This document shows, one piece after another, positions 26,848 to 37,614 of a stretch of DNA of 45,156 bases. Position 1 is the stretch's first letter. Each line of letters starts with the position of its first letter. A program made the position numbers and the translations under genes. The notes under the pieces were generated by a model. The model was not told where the DNA came from. It saw nothing but the letters and a program-made list of their open reading frames with translations, and ran no database searches. The stretch comes from Candidatus Thorarchaeota archaeon (lineage in GTDB: Archaea > Asgardarchaeota > Thorarchaeia > Thorarchaeales > Thorarchaeaceae): contig JAWOEX010000027.1 in assembly GCA_046482545.1 (NCBI GenBank), positions 1 through 45,156 on the forward strand, in the 5' to 3' direction.

Positions 26848-27534
26848 TTAATGTGGCATATCCATCGGTTCGCTCTTGTATGCTAGACCGAGCTTGACCC
26901 GTTCGCCTTTTACCATGTATACCGCTCGTTCTGCAATCATAAATGCCTGGTCGGCTGCCCTTTCGAAATACCTTCCTACAATAATGTACATCAGAGACAT
27001 CTGTGAAATATCCGTTCGCTTGCGGAGGAATTGCACTATTTCAGCAAACATCTCCTCTGTCTCTTTGTCACTTCTGGCTTCGAGCTCTTCCAACTGACTG
27101 ATTTCTGAAAGATTCTCCTCAAGAATTGCCTTGATGCTTATGTGAAGGGTCTTCTTTGCGAGTTCCGCCATGTACGGAAGTGACTCCATCTCCTTATAGT
27201 GCTCGGAATCCTCAACTAGGTAAACGATACGGGCAATTTTGCAAGCGTATCTTCCAACTCGGTGTAGGTGATGGGCAACGAGTAGATAGGTTGATAGCTT
27301 TCTCAGGTCCGAAGCTACAGGTTGTCTTCGAGCTATTGTCTCGAATACATTCTCTTCCACTTTCTGGGCCAATTCCTCAATATCGCTGGACATTGCTTTG
27401 GCTTCTTCTGCAATACCAGTATCGAGCTGTCCAAAAGCGTCCATTGCTGTCATGAGGGCCTTGGTGGCTAGTTGTTCCATTCTTTCAAGCTTTCCGGCGA
27501 TTTCATCCAGATAGAATTCTAGTTGACTTCTCAT
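26848..27534 (-). CDS. phoU: Phosphate signalling protein PhoU
   Basis: IARRQPVASDLR, RYFERAADQA..IAER..YMV.G; follows pstB. Confidence 0.9.
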   Translation of the reverse strand: MRSQLEFYLDEIAGKLERMEQLATKALMTAMDAFGQLDTGIAEEAKAMSSDIEELAQKVEENVFETIARRQPVASDLRKLSTYLLVAHHLHRVGRYACKIARIVYLVEDSEHYKEMESLPYMAELAKKTLHISIKAILEENLSEISQLEELEARSDKETEEMFAEIVQFLRKRTDISQMSLMYIIVGRYFERAADQAFMIAERAVYMVKGERVKLGLAYKSEPMDMPH

Positions 27535-27541
27535 TCTTACA

Positions 27542-28303
27542 CTATCCTATCCTGCCTGTAATGAAGGCTTCAGTTCGTTCGTCTTCAGGATTCTCCGCAA
27601 TCTTACTAGTTTCATCGAATTCCACGAGTTCACCCAAATACAGAAAAGCGGCCAAATCCGATACCCTGAACGCTTGCTGGACATTATGGGTGACTAGAAT
27701 AATCGTATAATCCTCTTTGAGATTTGTTATCAGGTCTTCAATCTTTCCAGCGCTTATAGGGTCAAGCGACGAAACTGGTTCGTCCATGAGTAACACCGGG
27801 GGATCTACTGAAAGGGCCCGTGCTATGCATAGACGTTGCTGTTGCCCACCAGAGAGATTCGGCGCGGGCTTGTCCAGGTCATCCTTGATTTCATCCCACA
27901 AAGCAGAACGTCTCAGGGTATCCTCAACTATCCTATCGAGTTCATCATTATCTCGTACACCGTGCAGGCGCGGACCGTAGGTGATGTTGTCTTTCACGCT
28001 CATGGGAAATGGATTAGGTCGCTGGAAAACCATGCCAACCCTGCTCCGAAGACTGTATACGTTTGCATGGCGGTTGTAGATGTCTTCACCCTCAATGTAG
28101 ATGTGGCCTGTCATTTTGAAATCATCAACAACATCATTGAGCCGGTTGATGGTGCGTAAGAATGTAGACTTGCCGCAGCCCGATGGTCCCATAATCGCGG
28201 TTACCGAGTTGTCCTCGAAATAACAGGAAATATTCTTGAGGATTTGTTTTCTACCAAACCATGTTGACAAATTTTCAACCTCTATTTTGTGTTCTCCTGG
28301 CAA
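27542..28303 (-). CDS. pstB: Phosphate ABC transporter ATP-binding protein
   Basis: GPSGCGKST, VGMVFQRPNPFPMS, LSGGQQQRLCIARAL, VTHN.QQA.RVSD, T..FITGR.G. Confidence 0.96.
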   Translation of the reverse strand: MPGEHKIEVENLSTWFGRKQILKNISCYFEDNSVTAIMGPSGCGKSTFLRTINRLNDVVDDFKMTGHIYIEGEDIYNRHANVYSLRSRVGMVFQRPNPFPMSVKDNITYGPRLHGVRDNDELDRIVEDTLRRSALWDEIKDDLDKPAPNLSGGQQQRLCIARALSVDPPVLLMDEPVSSLDPISAGKIEDLITNLKEDYTIILVTHNVQQAFRVSDLAAFLYLGELVEFDETSKIAENPEDERTEAFITGRIG

Positions 28304-28305
28304 GT

Positions 28306-29295
28306 TTACCCTAGTCTCCTGGTAAATTTCATTGAAATGTAGTTGGCGATTAAGTCAATAGTAAGCACTATCATCATCAGCGCAAGAGCCGCTGCATGAG
28401 CCTTCGGATGTAGATAAGACCTAGGATCAATCGTATACAGGTAGATTGTGTACGGAACACTAGCAACCCATGAACCAGCCCCGAAAAGCTCTGTTGGGGC
28501 ACGAAGTGAGTTTCCAGCTGTAAATATGAGTGGTGCTGTTTCTCCAATAACCCGACCAAAAGCAAGTAGGATTCCGGTCACAATCCCTGGAAATGCTGAG
28601 CGAACAGTCACTTTCCATGTCGTGGTCCATCGAGTAGCTCCTAGCGCAAGCGAAGCTTCTCTAAGCGACATCGGTACGGCTTTCAGAGATTCTTGAGTTG
28701 TTCGCAAAATAGTAGGAACCATCATGAAAGCGAGAGTAAGCCCGCCTGCCATAACTCCTTTTCCAAACTGTAGTACGTCCACAATCAAAGCCAGACCGAA
28801 AGCGCCGAACACAATGGATGGAATGCCGGCAAGAACATCGGCTGCAAACTCGATAGATGACCTCAGGATTCCATCGTCAGTGTATTCATTGATGTAAACT
28901 GCACCAAGAACTGAGATGGGTATCCCTGTTATGCCCGCAACACCAGCGAGAGACAATGTACCGATGAATGCATGGGCAAGACCGCCTTTCAGACCTCCAC
29001 CGGGATAGGTAGTGAAAAACCCAAGCCCTTCACCGTCTCCCCCTCCCAATAGAACAGTCAGCCCTGTTGAGGATACCTCAAGAAGGATCAGGAAGAAGGG
29101 CGCGATAACAAGAAGAATACACAGACCAAGACCAATCTTAAAAAGAAGATCCTTGAAATGTCGCTTTGACCGCGCGTACGTTCGTATGTGACAGGCAACC
29201 TTTAGCGTAAGGGGAATCTCAGGAGCTCGTTGCCCGGGTCCGCCTTCTTCAGGGTAGGCCTCATCTTCACATGAGCGTAGTCGTTTATCTCCCAT
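28306..29295 (-). CDS. pstA: Phosphate ABC transporter permease PstA
   Basis: LAGIPSIVFG.FG, LREASLALGATRW, GRVIGETAPLIFT. Confidence 0.93.
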   Translation of the reverse strand: MGDKRLRSCEDEAYPEEGGPGQRAPEIPLTLKVACHIRTYARSKRHFKDLLFKIGLGLCILLVIAPFFLILLEVSSTGLTVLLGGGDGEGLGFFTTYPGGGLKGGLAHAFIGTLSLAGVAGITGIPISVLGAVYINEYTDDGILRSSIEFAADVLAGIPSIVFGAFGLALIVDVLQFGKGVMAGGLTLAFMMVPTILRTTQESLKAVPMSLREASLALGATRWTTTWKVTVRSAFPGIVTGILLAFGRVIGETAPLIFTAGNSLRAPTELFGAGSWVASVPYTIYLYTIDPRSYLHPKAHAAALALMMIVLTIDLIANYISMKFTRRLG

Positions 29296-29305
29296 TCATA
29301 CCACC

Positions 29306-30370
29306 TCATACCATACCTCTCGTTTTGAGTCCCCAACGAATGAAAATCTTAGCAATGAGCGTGAATACCACACTCATGATCATCAAGACTAGTCCAACTG
29401 AGAAGAGAGCCGAACGCCATATTGGTCGGTTGTATGCAGCCCCGAGTTGATTCGCAATGATGCTAGTCATCACGTAGCACTGGTCAAAGAGAGTGTACGG
29501 AATGCCGAAATTATTGCCTGTTACCATAAGCACCGCCATTGTTTCTCCAACTGCACGACCAAGTGAGAGAACAACAGCAGCTCCTACTCCGGGTAATGCT
29601 GCAGAAAGAACGATCTTTTTTGCAGTCTCCGTCTTTGTTGCCCCAAGAGCAAGTGAAGCCTCACGATAGGTAGATGGAACCGATTGAAGCGCATCATACG
29701 AAACGGTCACCACTGTGGGTAGAAGCATTATTGCCAAAATGATACCTCCAGTCAACAGAGAATATCCATTCTTCAAATTCCCCTGAAACCATGGCATCCA
29801 GCTGGTAAGTGGGTTGGTTTGAACGAATGGTGCGAACACATCATCCATATAGGGGCGTAGAACGACAAAAGCCCATAGACCGTAAACAATTGACGGAATT
29901 GCCGCCATCATTTCTACAATCATCTTCAGAGGGGTTCTGAGTGTCGCCGGGCAGAATTCACTTAGATAAATAGCGCCACCCAGTCCCAACGGAACAGCCA
30001 GACCAATTGCTAGAAACGTTGTTGTGAACGATCCAACAATGAAAATGAGGATTCCATATGAGGGGTTGTCAGGAATCTGGGGCGCCCACGTTGAATCAGT
30101 GATTATTCCGAGACCTCCATCGGGATGAGCAAAAATGGGGAGGGCTTCGTACACGAGGAGAATGAGAATCATGAGTATTGTAAATACGCTGGCAAGAGCA
30201 GGCGCAAGAAGAATGAGGCTACCAACGAGGTCTTTTCGCGCAGGCCCTTTCGCCATGCGTACTTCATCAACAAAATCTTGAAAGCTTCTGCGGAGACGCT
30301 CGAAGATACCAATAGTGGCTTCTATGCGAGAATCGATTTCATATGCTTGATTTTTTTCTTCGAAGGTCAA
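29306..30370 (-). CDS. pstC: Phosphate ABC transporter permease PstC
   Basis: AIYLSEF, E.MAAIPSIVYGLW, GRAVGETMAVLMV.GN. Confidence 0.93.
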   Translation of the reverse strand: MTFEEKNQAYEIDSRIEATIGIFERLRRSFQDFVDEVRMAKGPARKDLVGSLILLAPALASVFTILMILILLVYEALPIFAHPDGGLGIITDSTWAPQIPDNPSYGILIFIVGSFTTTFLAIGLAVPLGLGGAIYLSEFCPATLRTPLKMIVEMMAAIPSIVYGLWAFVVLRPYMDDVFAPFVQTNPLTSWMPWFQGNLKNGYSLLTGGIILAIMLLPTVVTVSYDALQSVPSTYREASLALGATKTETAKKIVLSAALPGVGAAVVLSLGRAVGETMAVLMVTGNNFGIPYTLFDQCYVMTSIIANQLGAAYNRPIWRSALFSVGLVLMIMSVVFTLIAKIFIRWGLKTRGMV

Positions 30371-30462
30371 TGTTTGTCTCCCACCTTTCTTGTTTGTAAG
30401 TGGAATTCTTGCAGCTGTGTCGAAATCTGTTAGATTGTTATCGCGTCATCTTGTCATTGATT

Positions 30463-30522
30463 GAAATGAAGAAGCTAAGGAGAAGCATGGGAAAATCCCC
30501 ACTTTTTCTCCTATTTCATTTC
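30463..30522 (-). terminator. Long imperfect stem-loop between pstS and pstC (terminator/attenuator or mRNA stabiliser)
   Basis: Nested GAAATGAA/TTCATTTC, GGAGAA/TTCTCC and TGGG/CCCA pairs directly after the pstS stop. Confidence 0.5.
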
Positions 30523-30528
30523 TTTTTG

Positions 30529-31590
30529 CTAGGTTGCCGGAGTCATCCCCCCTAGAACACCAATCGAATAGTCCCAGGCGGCAGTTCCTGCAATCGAGAG
30601 GTAGCCCACGTCGTCAATATACTGCTGACCTTGGGAAAGACACCAATCAAGGAAGATGATTGTGTACCAGTCAAGAGTATCTTGTGGAACTAAGTAGAAC
30701 AGAAGCCTAGCGATTGGATATGCGCCGTTACTCTCCGAGTTGAAGAGATTGACGCCTGGATCATCTATTGCGTTTGGAATTGCTTTCAGGGCATTTTCGG
30801 CAGAAGCGTCCACCCACTCTTCGTTGCCCGGGTTGTACAGGCTAATAGAGGTGAGTCCTTCAGTGAATGCAAATCCTACATAGCCAATCCCGTTATTATC
30901 TTCCTTAACCGAGTTAGCAACGCCAGGATTGCCCTGAGATCCTGTAAGTCCTTCAGCCCAACTCATGGCTTCGTCGTGACCATATGTCCAGTAGTAGTCT
31001 TGACCATTCATGCCTTCAGTGTCATTGACTGTTTCTAACCATTTGGTGAAGGTCGCGGTCGTGCCGCTCTCGTCGGAGCGAACATAGACGTTGATATCGC
31101 CAGTTGTTTGAATGCTCACACCGAAGGTTGTCTCGAAGTCATCCCAGGTAGTAATCTGCGCACTGAAGACGGCTACCACCATATCGCAGTCCATCTTGAA
31201 TGTACTGCCGTTGACATTCTCGTTTGCAACGATTGCCAATGCGTCGGCTGAGATTGGTAGAATATCCACGTTTGGATTATTGGTAGCATAGTCCTCACCG
31301 GGGTAGGAACTTGATGCACCAATGTCAACCTCGGCGACCGCGGCATCGGCCTGACCTTGACCGGACCCACCACCCATTGGATTAAACTGGATATTGGGAT
31401 ATGTCTCCGTAATCCTCTGAGACCATTCCTGCGAAAGCGGTAGAACGGTTGTCGAACCGGAACTGGTGATAGTGTAGTTCGGTGTACCGCTCTCTGCACC
31501 GGGTACGAGGAAGAGAACGCCGGTACTGCCCACAATCAAGCCAATTATTAGCCCGATGACGAGTTTAGATGTCTGATTTGATAGTGACAT
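30529..31590 (-). CDS. pstS: Phosphate ABC transporter substrate-binding protein
   Basis: SGSTTVLP, GGGSG.G, DIGASS, RSD.SGTT..F, IGYV, YPIAR.L. Confidence 0.93.
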   Translation of the reverse strand: MSLSNQTSKLVIGLIIGLIVGSTGVLFLVPGAESGTPNYTITSSGSTTVLPLSQEWSQRITETYPNIQFNPMGGGSGQGQADAAVAEVDIGASSSYPGEDYATNNPNVDILPISADALAIVANENVNGSTFKMDCDMVVAVFSAQITTWDDFETTFGVSIQTTGDINVYVRSDESGTTATFTKWLETVNDTEGMNGQDYYWTYGHDEAMSWAEGLTGSQGNPGVANSVKEDNNGIGYVGFAFTEGLTSISLYNPGNEEWVDASAENALKAIPNAIDDPGVNLFNSESNGAYPIARLLFYLVPQDTLDWYTIIFLDWCLSQGQQYIDDVGYLSIAGTAAWDYSIGVLGGMTPAT

Positions 31591-31869
31591 TTTTTCTCAC
31601 TTTTTCCATGTTTCTTGAAAACATGCCACTAAGCATACTAGTTAAGGCGTATCCATATTTTTCAGCTGTTGAGAATTGTTGCAAATGTTTCATATGTATT
31701 AAGACGATATGTGAGTAGGACAGCGTAGTCGCAGGGGGCATTTGGTAAGATGTGCAGCTATATACGCTAAATGTCACATGTTCAATATGATTTGGTGGAA
31801 AGCAAATGCATTAAATATGTACCTGCCGCTCGTCCACAAAGGCATTTGAGATCACAAGGAGTTATCCAA

Positions 31870-32907
31870 TTGACCTCCACAACCACAAGAAAACTAAACA
31901 AGGTTCGGAATTCATTCTATGTATATTTGCCAAAGCAATGGTGTGACAAGTATAATCTGAATCAGGACTCCGAGGTTAAAATCAAAGAGACAGGAGAAGG
32001 GACTCTTACGGTGTTTCCACCAGATTTTCAGCATCAGAAGTCCAGCGGAATCAGATTCAATATCGATAAAGATTTCTTGCTTAATCTGCAGAATATTCTG
32101 ATAGGCGCCTATGTTGTAGGGGCAACAAAACTTGAACTTAATTTCAGTAAATCGCTTGATATGGCAGAACGACAGGAAATCAGTCAGTCAATCCGGAGAC
32201 TTCCCGGTTTCGAAATCCTAGAGGAGCACTCCAATAGCATATCTATCAGGGATACGAGCGAGAAGCAGATGGTAGTCTCCATTCTAAAGAGACAGTTTGC
32301 AACAACAAAATACATGTTATCCGAGCTTGTTGCTGGGATCGCAACCGAGGATTATAGTGACGCTCAGCATATACTCATGCGAGACGAGGATGTCGACCGC
32401 CATCGCTACTTCGTAGAACGCCTCTGCCATCTAGCGCTTCGAGATCCGTCCTACGCGAGGAAGATTGGGATACCTCCTTCCGACTGTCTGCATTTCAGCC
32501 TGGCTGCAAAATATGTTGAACGGATGGCTGATCACGTGTGTGGAGCGGTAGAACATCTCTGCGAGTCTACGCTGTCACTCGAATCGATTGCCGAAACGGC
32601 AAAATATCTTCTTGATGTGTACAACAGAACAAAAAGTGCATTCTTTGCCAATGAGGGTGCTATGGAGCAGGTGCAAGAAAACGGAAGTGTTACTTACAAA
32701 ACGGAAGAGACTTTCGAAGCCCTGCACGCTGCCGAGGCGATTGCTGAAAAACTCTCCAAGATGGGTACTGAACCAAACGGACTGGAGGCGAAACTTGCAC
32801 TGTTACTGCTTCATATGGAGCGCATTGCGTCGTACTGCTCCGATGTTGGTGAAGTTGCCATCAATAGGAGCATCGAGGTAAGTATTGAGAACCCACAATC
32901 CGACTAG
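31870..32907 (+). CDS. Archaeal phosphate uptake regulator (AbrB N-domain plus PhoU domains)
   Basis: TRKL.KV.NSF.V.LPK.W AbrB motif; DEDVDR, ERMADH, ERIA.Y PhoU motifs; divergent from pstS. Start placed at TTG 31870 after AGGAG; ORF track gives 31771. Confidence 0.85.
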   Translation: MTSTTTRKLNKVRNSFYVYLPKQWCDKYNLNQDSEVKIKETGEGTLTVFPPDFQHQKSSGIRFNIDKDFLLNLQNILIGAYVVGATKLELNFSKSLDMAERQEISQSIRRLPGFEILEEHSNSISIRDTSEKQMVVSILKRQFATTKYMLSELVAGIATEDYSDAQHILMRDEDVDRHRYFVERLCHLALRDPSYARKIGIPPSDCLHFSLAAKYVERMADHVCGAVEHLCESTLSLESIAETAKYLLDVYNRTKSAFFANEGAMEQVQENGSVTYKTEETFEALHAAEAIAEKLSKMGTEPNGLEAKLALLLLHMERIASYCSDVGEVAINRSIEVSIENPQSD

Positions 32908-32939
32908 TATGTTTCATTAAGGAGCTGCGAAAAAGGAGG

Positions 32940-33791
32940 ATGGGACTTTCATTGAGTAACCATGACGACTCAGACTCAAATAGGCTGAATGAGCTGAACG
33001 GAAAAGAATGGGTAAAATCCACTAAGTCTTGGTTCATCATAAACCCGAGATCCCGGAACACAAAGCAAGTAGAACATCCAGGCAAGTTTCCCGAAGAACT
33101 TGTGGAAAGGTTCGTTCAATTTTTCACTCACAGAGAGAACTGGGTGCTAGATCCATTTGGTGGTGTTGGAAGCGCTGCATTGGCCTGCAAGAGTTTGGGC
33201 CGTAATTCTGTCAGCATCGAGCTGGTTCCGAAGTTCGCCACAATAGCAAGAGAACAAATTAGGGAACATGAGGGCTCTGGAAGGCACGAAGTAATTACTG
33301 GCGATTCCAAGAGGGGTGTTTCTCTGATTGAGGAACGCTTCGATGGTAAGCCACCCGAATTTGACTACCTCATAACGAGTCCGCCTTACTGGAATATGCT
33401 GAGGAAATCGAGAGGGGGAAACATCACTACGCACAAAGAGCGAAGGGAAGAAGGGCTGAGCGAATACTACAGTGAATCGAATCGTGACATCGGGAACATC
33501 GAATCCTATGATGCATATCTCCAATCCGTTACGGAGATTCTTGAAGGATACTACGGATTGCTGAAAAATGGAGCATACCTAACAGTTGTTGCACAGAATA
33601 TGAGGGATATCGATGGTGATTTGAAGGCCATTGCGTGGGATTTGGCCAGACTGCTTTCGGAGACTTATGATCTCAAGCAGGAGCAGATATGGTGCCAGGA
33701 CAACAAACGACTTGGATGTTGGGGCTTCCCGACAACATATGTTTCCAATGTGCATCATCACTACTGTATCATTCTCAGGAAACCGAAATGA
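32940..33791 (+). CDS. Amino-methyltransferase (N4-C/N6-A DNA methylase family), orphan
   Basis: HPGKFPEEL, VLDPFGGVGS (motif I) preceding ITSPPYW (motif IV). Confidence 0.85.
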   Translation: MGLSLSNHDDSDSNRLNELNGKEWVKSTKSWFIINPRSRNTKQVEHPGKFPEELVERFVQFFTHRENWVLDPFGGVGSAALACKSLGRNSVSIELVPKFATIAREQIREHEGSGRHEVITGDSKRGVSLIEERFDGKPPEFDYLITSPPYWNMLRKSRGGNITTHKERREEGLSEYYSESNRDIGNIESYDAYLQSVTEILEGYYGLLKNGAYLTVVAQNMRDIDGDLKAIAWDLARLLSETYDLKQEQIWCQDNKRLGCWGFPTTYVSNVHHHYCIILRKPK

Positions 33792-33880
33792 TAACAGCCG
33801 AGGCATTTGCCAGTTGTTGACTTTGGCCGTAAATGCATGTATCTCCGGTATTCATAAAGCCAGCAGTTGACCAGAATACT

Positions 33881-34753
33881 ATGACTTCTGAAATTCGCCC
33901 GCTCAGAGAAGAGGACCAGAACCTCGTGGATGATCTATGCTCCGGCATTTGGAGCGGCAACGATTACGTGCCCAACCGATTCAGCGAATGGGTAGACAAC
34001 GAAGACACAGTTCCGCTTGGAATGATTGAAGACGGCAAACTGATTGGCATCATAGCGCTGGTCCCGGTATCAAGTGGAGGCATTGCTTGGGCGAAAGGAT
34101 TGCGAGTACACCAAGACCACCAAGAAGAAGGAAAGGCAACCAAAATGGTGGCACAGTTAGTTGAGACAGCTCGAACCGAAGGTTACGAACGGATCTGGTA
34201 CGCAACGAGTTCAAGAAACAAGGCTTCAATACGGGTTGCGGAGAAAACAGGTTTCCACCTGACAGAAGAAGCAGGTTATTTTCGTTTGGATGCTCCATTT
34301 CCAAAGCGTCCCAAACCGAGTCCTATCGTTCATCCGCTGAAGGTAGATGCAAAACGTCTCAATGATATGGCGACAAAAGCCGGCCTATTTCAGGATTCCA
34401 AAATTCCGTCCGCTTGGGAGTTTGAACCTTCCAACCTAGAAGGTCTGAAGAGGCTCAGTGAGCATACCGAATTCTATGTGATTGTGGACGATAAGGGCTC
34501 ACTGGAAGCGATGTACTTCAGTCAGGATGTCAGCAGAAATGGAGAAAAACGCGAGGCTGTTACGATTTTTGCACTCGACAGAGGTATATTCATTGACACC
34601 ATAGCTCGTCTTCTTGAGAGGTTCGAGAAAGACAAGCTCGATCAGGCTGCGTTCTTCTTGGGACCCAATGCAACCGAATGGTCGGAGACTATGCTCATTA
34701 TCCCTGAGAAATACGAGGGGAGGAAGTTCATTCTATACGAGCGAGAATTATAG
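33881..34753 (+). CDS. GNAT-family N-acetyltransferase
   Basis: IRPLRE.D, W.G.DYVP, GLRV..DHQ.EG.AT, N.ASIRVAEK.GF. Start placed at ATG 33881. Confidence 0.82.
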   Translation: MTSEIRPLREEDQNLVDDLCSGIWSGNDYVPNRFSEWVDNEDTVPLGMIEDGKLIGIIALVPVSSGGIAWAKGLRVHQDHQEEGKATKMVAQLVETARTEGYERIWYATSSRNKASIRVAEKTGFHLTEEAGYFRLDAPFPKRPKPSPIVHPLKVDAKRLNDMATKAGLFQDSKIPSAWEFEPSNLEGLKRLSEHTEFYVIVDDKGSLEAMYFSQDVSRNGEKREAVTIFALDRGIFIDTIARLLERFEKDKLDQAAFFLGPNATEWSETMLIIPEKYEGRKFILYEREL

Positions 34754-34917
34754 AAGAGGCTTTGAATGATTCGCTACTGCCGTTGCTATTTCGCACACTG
34801 ACTTTGTATCATGAGATATGAGACACTCAATTTAGAAGGTCGACAACTATAAATGAAATCACATGCAGCCATACCCGTTTAGAATGATATCTGGGTCAAC
34901 TGGGGAGTGTATCATCG

Positions 34918-35751
34918 GTGAGTACTGAACCATCAACGAAAAGAAAAATCAAGTGCCCCAATTGCGGAGCTGTATATGCCTATCCCGAGGAGAAATTGCA
35001 GTCAGACATGCATGTGCACTGTCAAAATTGCGGAAAGAAACTGGAGATTGAACGAGAGAAAATAGATACCTATTCCAAAGTCACGGTTTCAGATGAACCT
35101 GAGGAATACGTACCTTGGGATAAACGCAAAGACACAGAAGAAGGTCTTTCTGCATCGGAAATTCCACGATTGCTTCTTCACGGGTTTGCCTTCTGGGTTG
35201 TCTTCGGCCCTGCGAGCCTTATTTGGATTCCACTCATACTGATAGCTGCAGCGTTTGGAGGAATCATTGGGCTTATCCTCATCCTTCTAGCACAACTGGT
35301 GTTCGCTGGATTCATAAATCTCAGTCTCGGACATTACTTGTGGGAAATACATTGCAAGGATGATTGGAAGCATCTGTTTGCCCATGGCATCTTGCTTTCG
35401 GTTGTTCTAGACGCAATCATGTTGGTCCTCTTTGTAATTAACGCAGCTGCAATTCGTATTAATGTCGTGCTGTACGTTCTACTCCAGCTGCTGCAATTGA
35501 TTGTTCTCACCCCCATATACGGCTATGCTGGATGGTGGATTGCATTGCAGTTTGAAATAGGAACGGAAGAGGATACTAGCAGACAAATTGACACCTCTCG
35601 AAGGGCTATATGCCCGAGCTGTGGTGCAACATATTCCTATGATGAATCATCGGTTGACTCCGAGGGGAATGTCCGTTGTCAAAACCGTGGAGAGGAATTC
35701 GCTTTCCCCGAGGAGCCAGTCCCTTCAACTAGCGTAGATGAATTGCAGTAG
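34918..35751 (+). CDS. Membrane protein flanked by two zinc-ribbon domains
   Basis: CPNCG..CQNCG at the N-terminus, about 4 TM helices, CPSCG..CQNRG at the C-terminus (last Cys replaced by Arg). Confidence 0.72.
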   Translation: MSTEPSTKRKIKCPNCGAVYAYPEEKLQSDMHVHCQNCGKKLEIEREKIDTYSKVTVSDEPEEYVPWDKRKDTEEGLSASEIPRLLLHGFAFWVVFGPASLIWIPLILIAAAFGGIIGLILILLAQLVFAGFINLSLGHYLWEIHCKDDWKHLFAHGILLSVVLDAIMLVLFVINAAAIRINVVLYVLLQLLQLIVLTPIYGYAGWWIALQFEIGTEEDTSRQIDTSRRAICPSCGATYSYDESSVDSEGNVRCQNRGEEFAFPEEPVPSTSVDELQ

Positions 35752-35804
35752 AATTAATTAAGAAGCCATCTCTGGGTTTTTTCTTTGAGGTAATTCCTAG
35801 GTAT

Positions 35805-36503
35805 TCAAACAAAGAAGACCGCTAGCAGACCGGCTAGAAACACGCCGTCCCAAGTTCCTGCCCCACCAATTGATGCGCTGCCTGTCTGTAGTTCTGAGAT
35901 TTTATTGAGGTTGAGAAGATCAGCACCAATCAACGTACCCAAGGTACCCGAGACGTAGGCCAGTACATGTGGGCTAAACATTCCGGGAATCAGTAACATG
36001 AGCGCAGTTGAGGCTATCCCGGCAATGAGTGGAGGAAGCAGTCCCGGGGTTACGATTCCAACATTGGGTTCGACTCTGGCAATAGCTTTGACGAACAATG
36101 AAACGATGAGGATGCCCAGTAAGGCTACGGGAATGGTTTGCGGGTGGATAATCAAAAGGTATGCACTGACAACGACCGGAATCACCGCGCCGCCTAGATT
36201 CACGCTGATGAGGGTCTCACCCGGGCAGTCGGGCGATACGATTCGGTAAGTCAGGCCCCACAGTTTCATGTATTGCTGCTCCGGGCACTTACTCGATTGC
36301 GACTGGATAGTGGTCACAGGTATGTTGACGGCGCTGCCCACTAGTGACCCGATTACGATAACCACCACAAGCCATGGCGGGATCCCTAGCTGCACAAAAA
36401 CAATGCCTGCGAACTGAAAGAAGAGAATCCCCATCATGAGCATTGCCAGTATGGCGAAGACGGAGAAGCTCCGTTTGCTGTACCGGAGTCTTGAATCGCT
36501 CAT
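35805..36503 (-). CDS. DUF1614-family membrane protein
   Basis: GS.VNIP, .NLGGAVIP, AY.SGTLGTLIGADLLNL, SIGGAGT.DGVFL.G. Confidence 0.88.
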   Translation of the reverse strand: MSDSRLRYSKRSFSVFAILAMLMMGILFFQFAGIVFVQLGIPPWLVVVIVIGSLVGSAVNIPVTTIQSQSSKCPEQQYMKLWGLTYRIVSPDCPGETLISVNLGGAVIPVVVSAYLLIIHPQTIPVALLGILIVSLFVKAIARVEPNVGIVTPGLLPPLIAGIASTALMLLIPGMFSPHVLAYVSGTLGTLIGADLLNLNKISELQTGSASIGGAGTWDGVFLAGLLAVFFV

Positions 36504-36540
36504 TGGTATACACTATGGAAGGTGAAGGCGGACTATTTAT

Positions 36541-37194
36541 TCTTCTGCAACGCGAGCAGTCCTACTCAACATAGGGAAAAACAAGGTTATATACAAATGT
36601 GCATTCTTGATGGAACCGTTTACAATTGTTGGCACATTGATTGGCGTGCAATTGAACATGTTCCTTCCTGAGACAATCCTGTTAGTACTATTGGTTCTGG
36701 TGTTGGCTCTAACCGGACTCAAGACACTTTGGTTTGCCAAGGAGAAGCGGCATCATATACTGAATGGCGATGATTGCAGTCAAGTCCCTGAATCCTCAGC
36801 AGAAACAGAGAAGTCTGATGCCACATGTGAACCCACATCACTCCGAAAGAAATGTTTCGGGATAGTGGGTGCCTTATGTGTAGGTATCGGGGGTGGCTTA
36901 TTGAAGGTTCCATTGATATTGGAGTTAAGGGTTGCCGCTGAATTTGCGGCTGGAACCGGTAGTTTGATGGTCCTTTTTACTTCATTATCTACTGTTACTC
37001 AGTTTATAATTCTCCAACGACTTGGGCTCTTAGTGGCTTTGGGATTTCTCATGATTGGTTTCCTAGGCTCTTTGATTGGATTCTATTGTTCCTATTTTCT
37101 TAGTGAGGGGTATAAGCTGCAGATGGTCGTAGCGGAGTTGGTTTTGCTCTCTACTGGAATGATATCTATGCAATGGGTATTTGTTGCTGCTTGA
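36541..37194 (+). pseudogene. 5'-truncated TauE/SafE (sulfite exporter) family protein
   Basis: EP.TI.G.LIG, GIGGG.LKVP, A.GT.S.MVLFTS. The frame is open upstream of ATG 36610 but the first TM repeat is missing, with no room for it before the divergent DUF1614 gene. Confidence 0.6.
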
Positions 37195-37281
37195 AGGAAT
37201 GGTCATCCTATGCACGATATCGAGTAGCAACTGGGTGTTTATGGGTCTTCTCTGGCTGCGATTATATGTGAGCCCCTTTCA

Positions 37282-37614
37282 TCATTCACATTCAGCATTT
37301 TCTCTTGAAATTGCTACTCTACGACTTATCCAGATTGACGAGATTAACAAGATTGCAGCTAACATAGCATTGTGCATAATAATCGGAAAATCGGCAATCA
37401 AATCATCGAAGTAACTATTGTGGTAAAACCAGATGTAACCTGAAGGCAACGCATAGATAGACACAGACGTCCCAAGGAGTACAATTGCAGTCCATTTCGA
37501 TCCAAACCATTCCAGTTCGATAAATCCGGCTATTAGTTGGCTCACAAAAAAGCCCACGATTGTTGCGGCCATTGTTGTAAGAGAAACAACCACAAGTATC
37601 TCAGCAGGAAGCAT
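37282..37614 (-). CDS. Small hypothetical membrane protein
   Basis: 110 aa, 3 hydrophobic segments, AGGTGA upstream of the ATG. Confidence 0.55.
   Translation of the reverse strand: MLPAEILVVVSLTTMAATIVGFFVSQLIAGFIELEWFGSKWTAIVLLGTSVSIYALPSGYIWFYHNSYFDDLIADFPIIMHNAMLAAILLISSIWISRRVAISRENAECE

Noticed and set aside
31591-31869. Pho-box-like ATATGT repeats between pstS and the regulator
   Set aside because: Irregular spacing in AT-rich DNA; cannot be distinguished from chance without comparative data.
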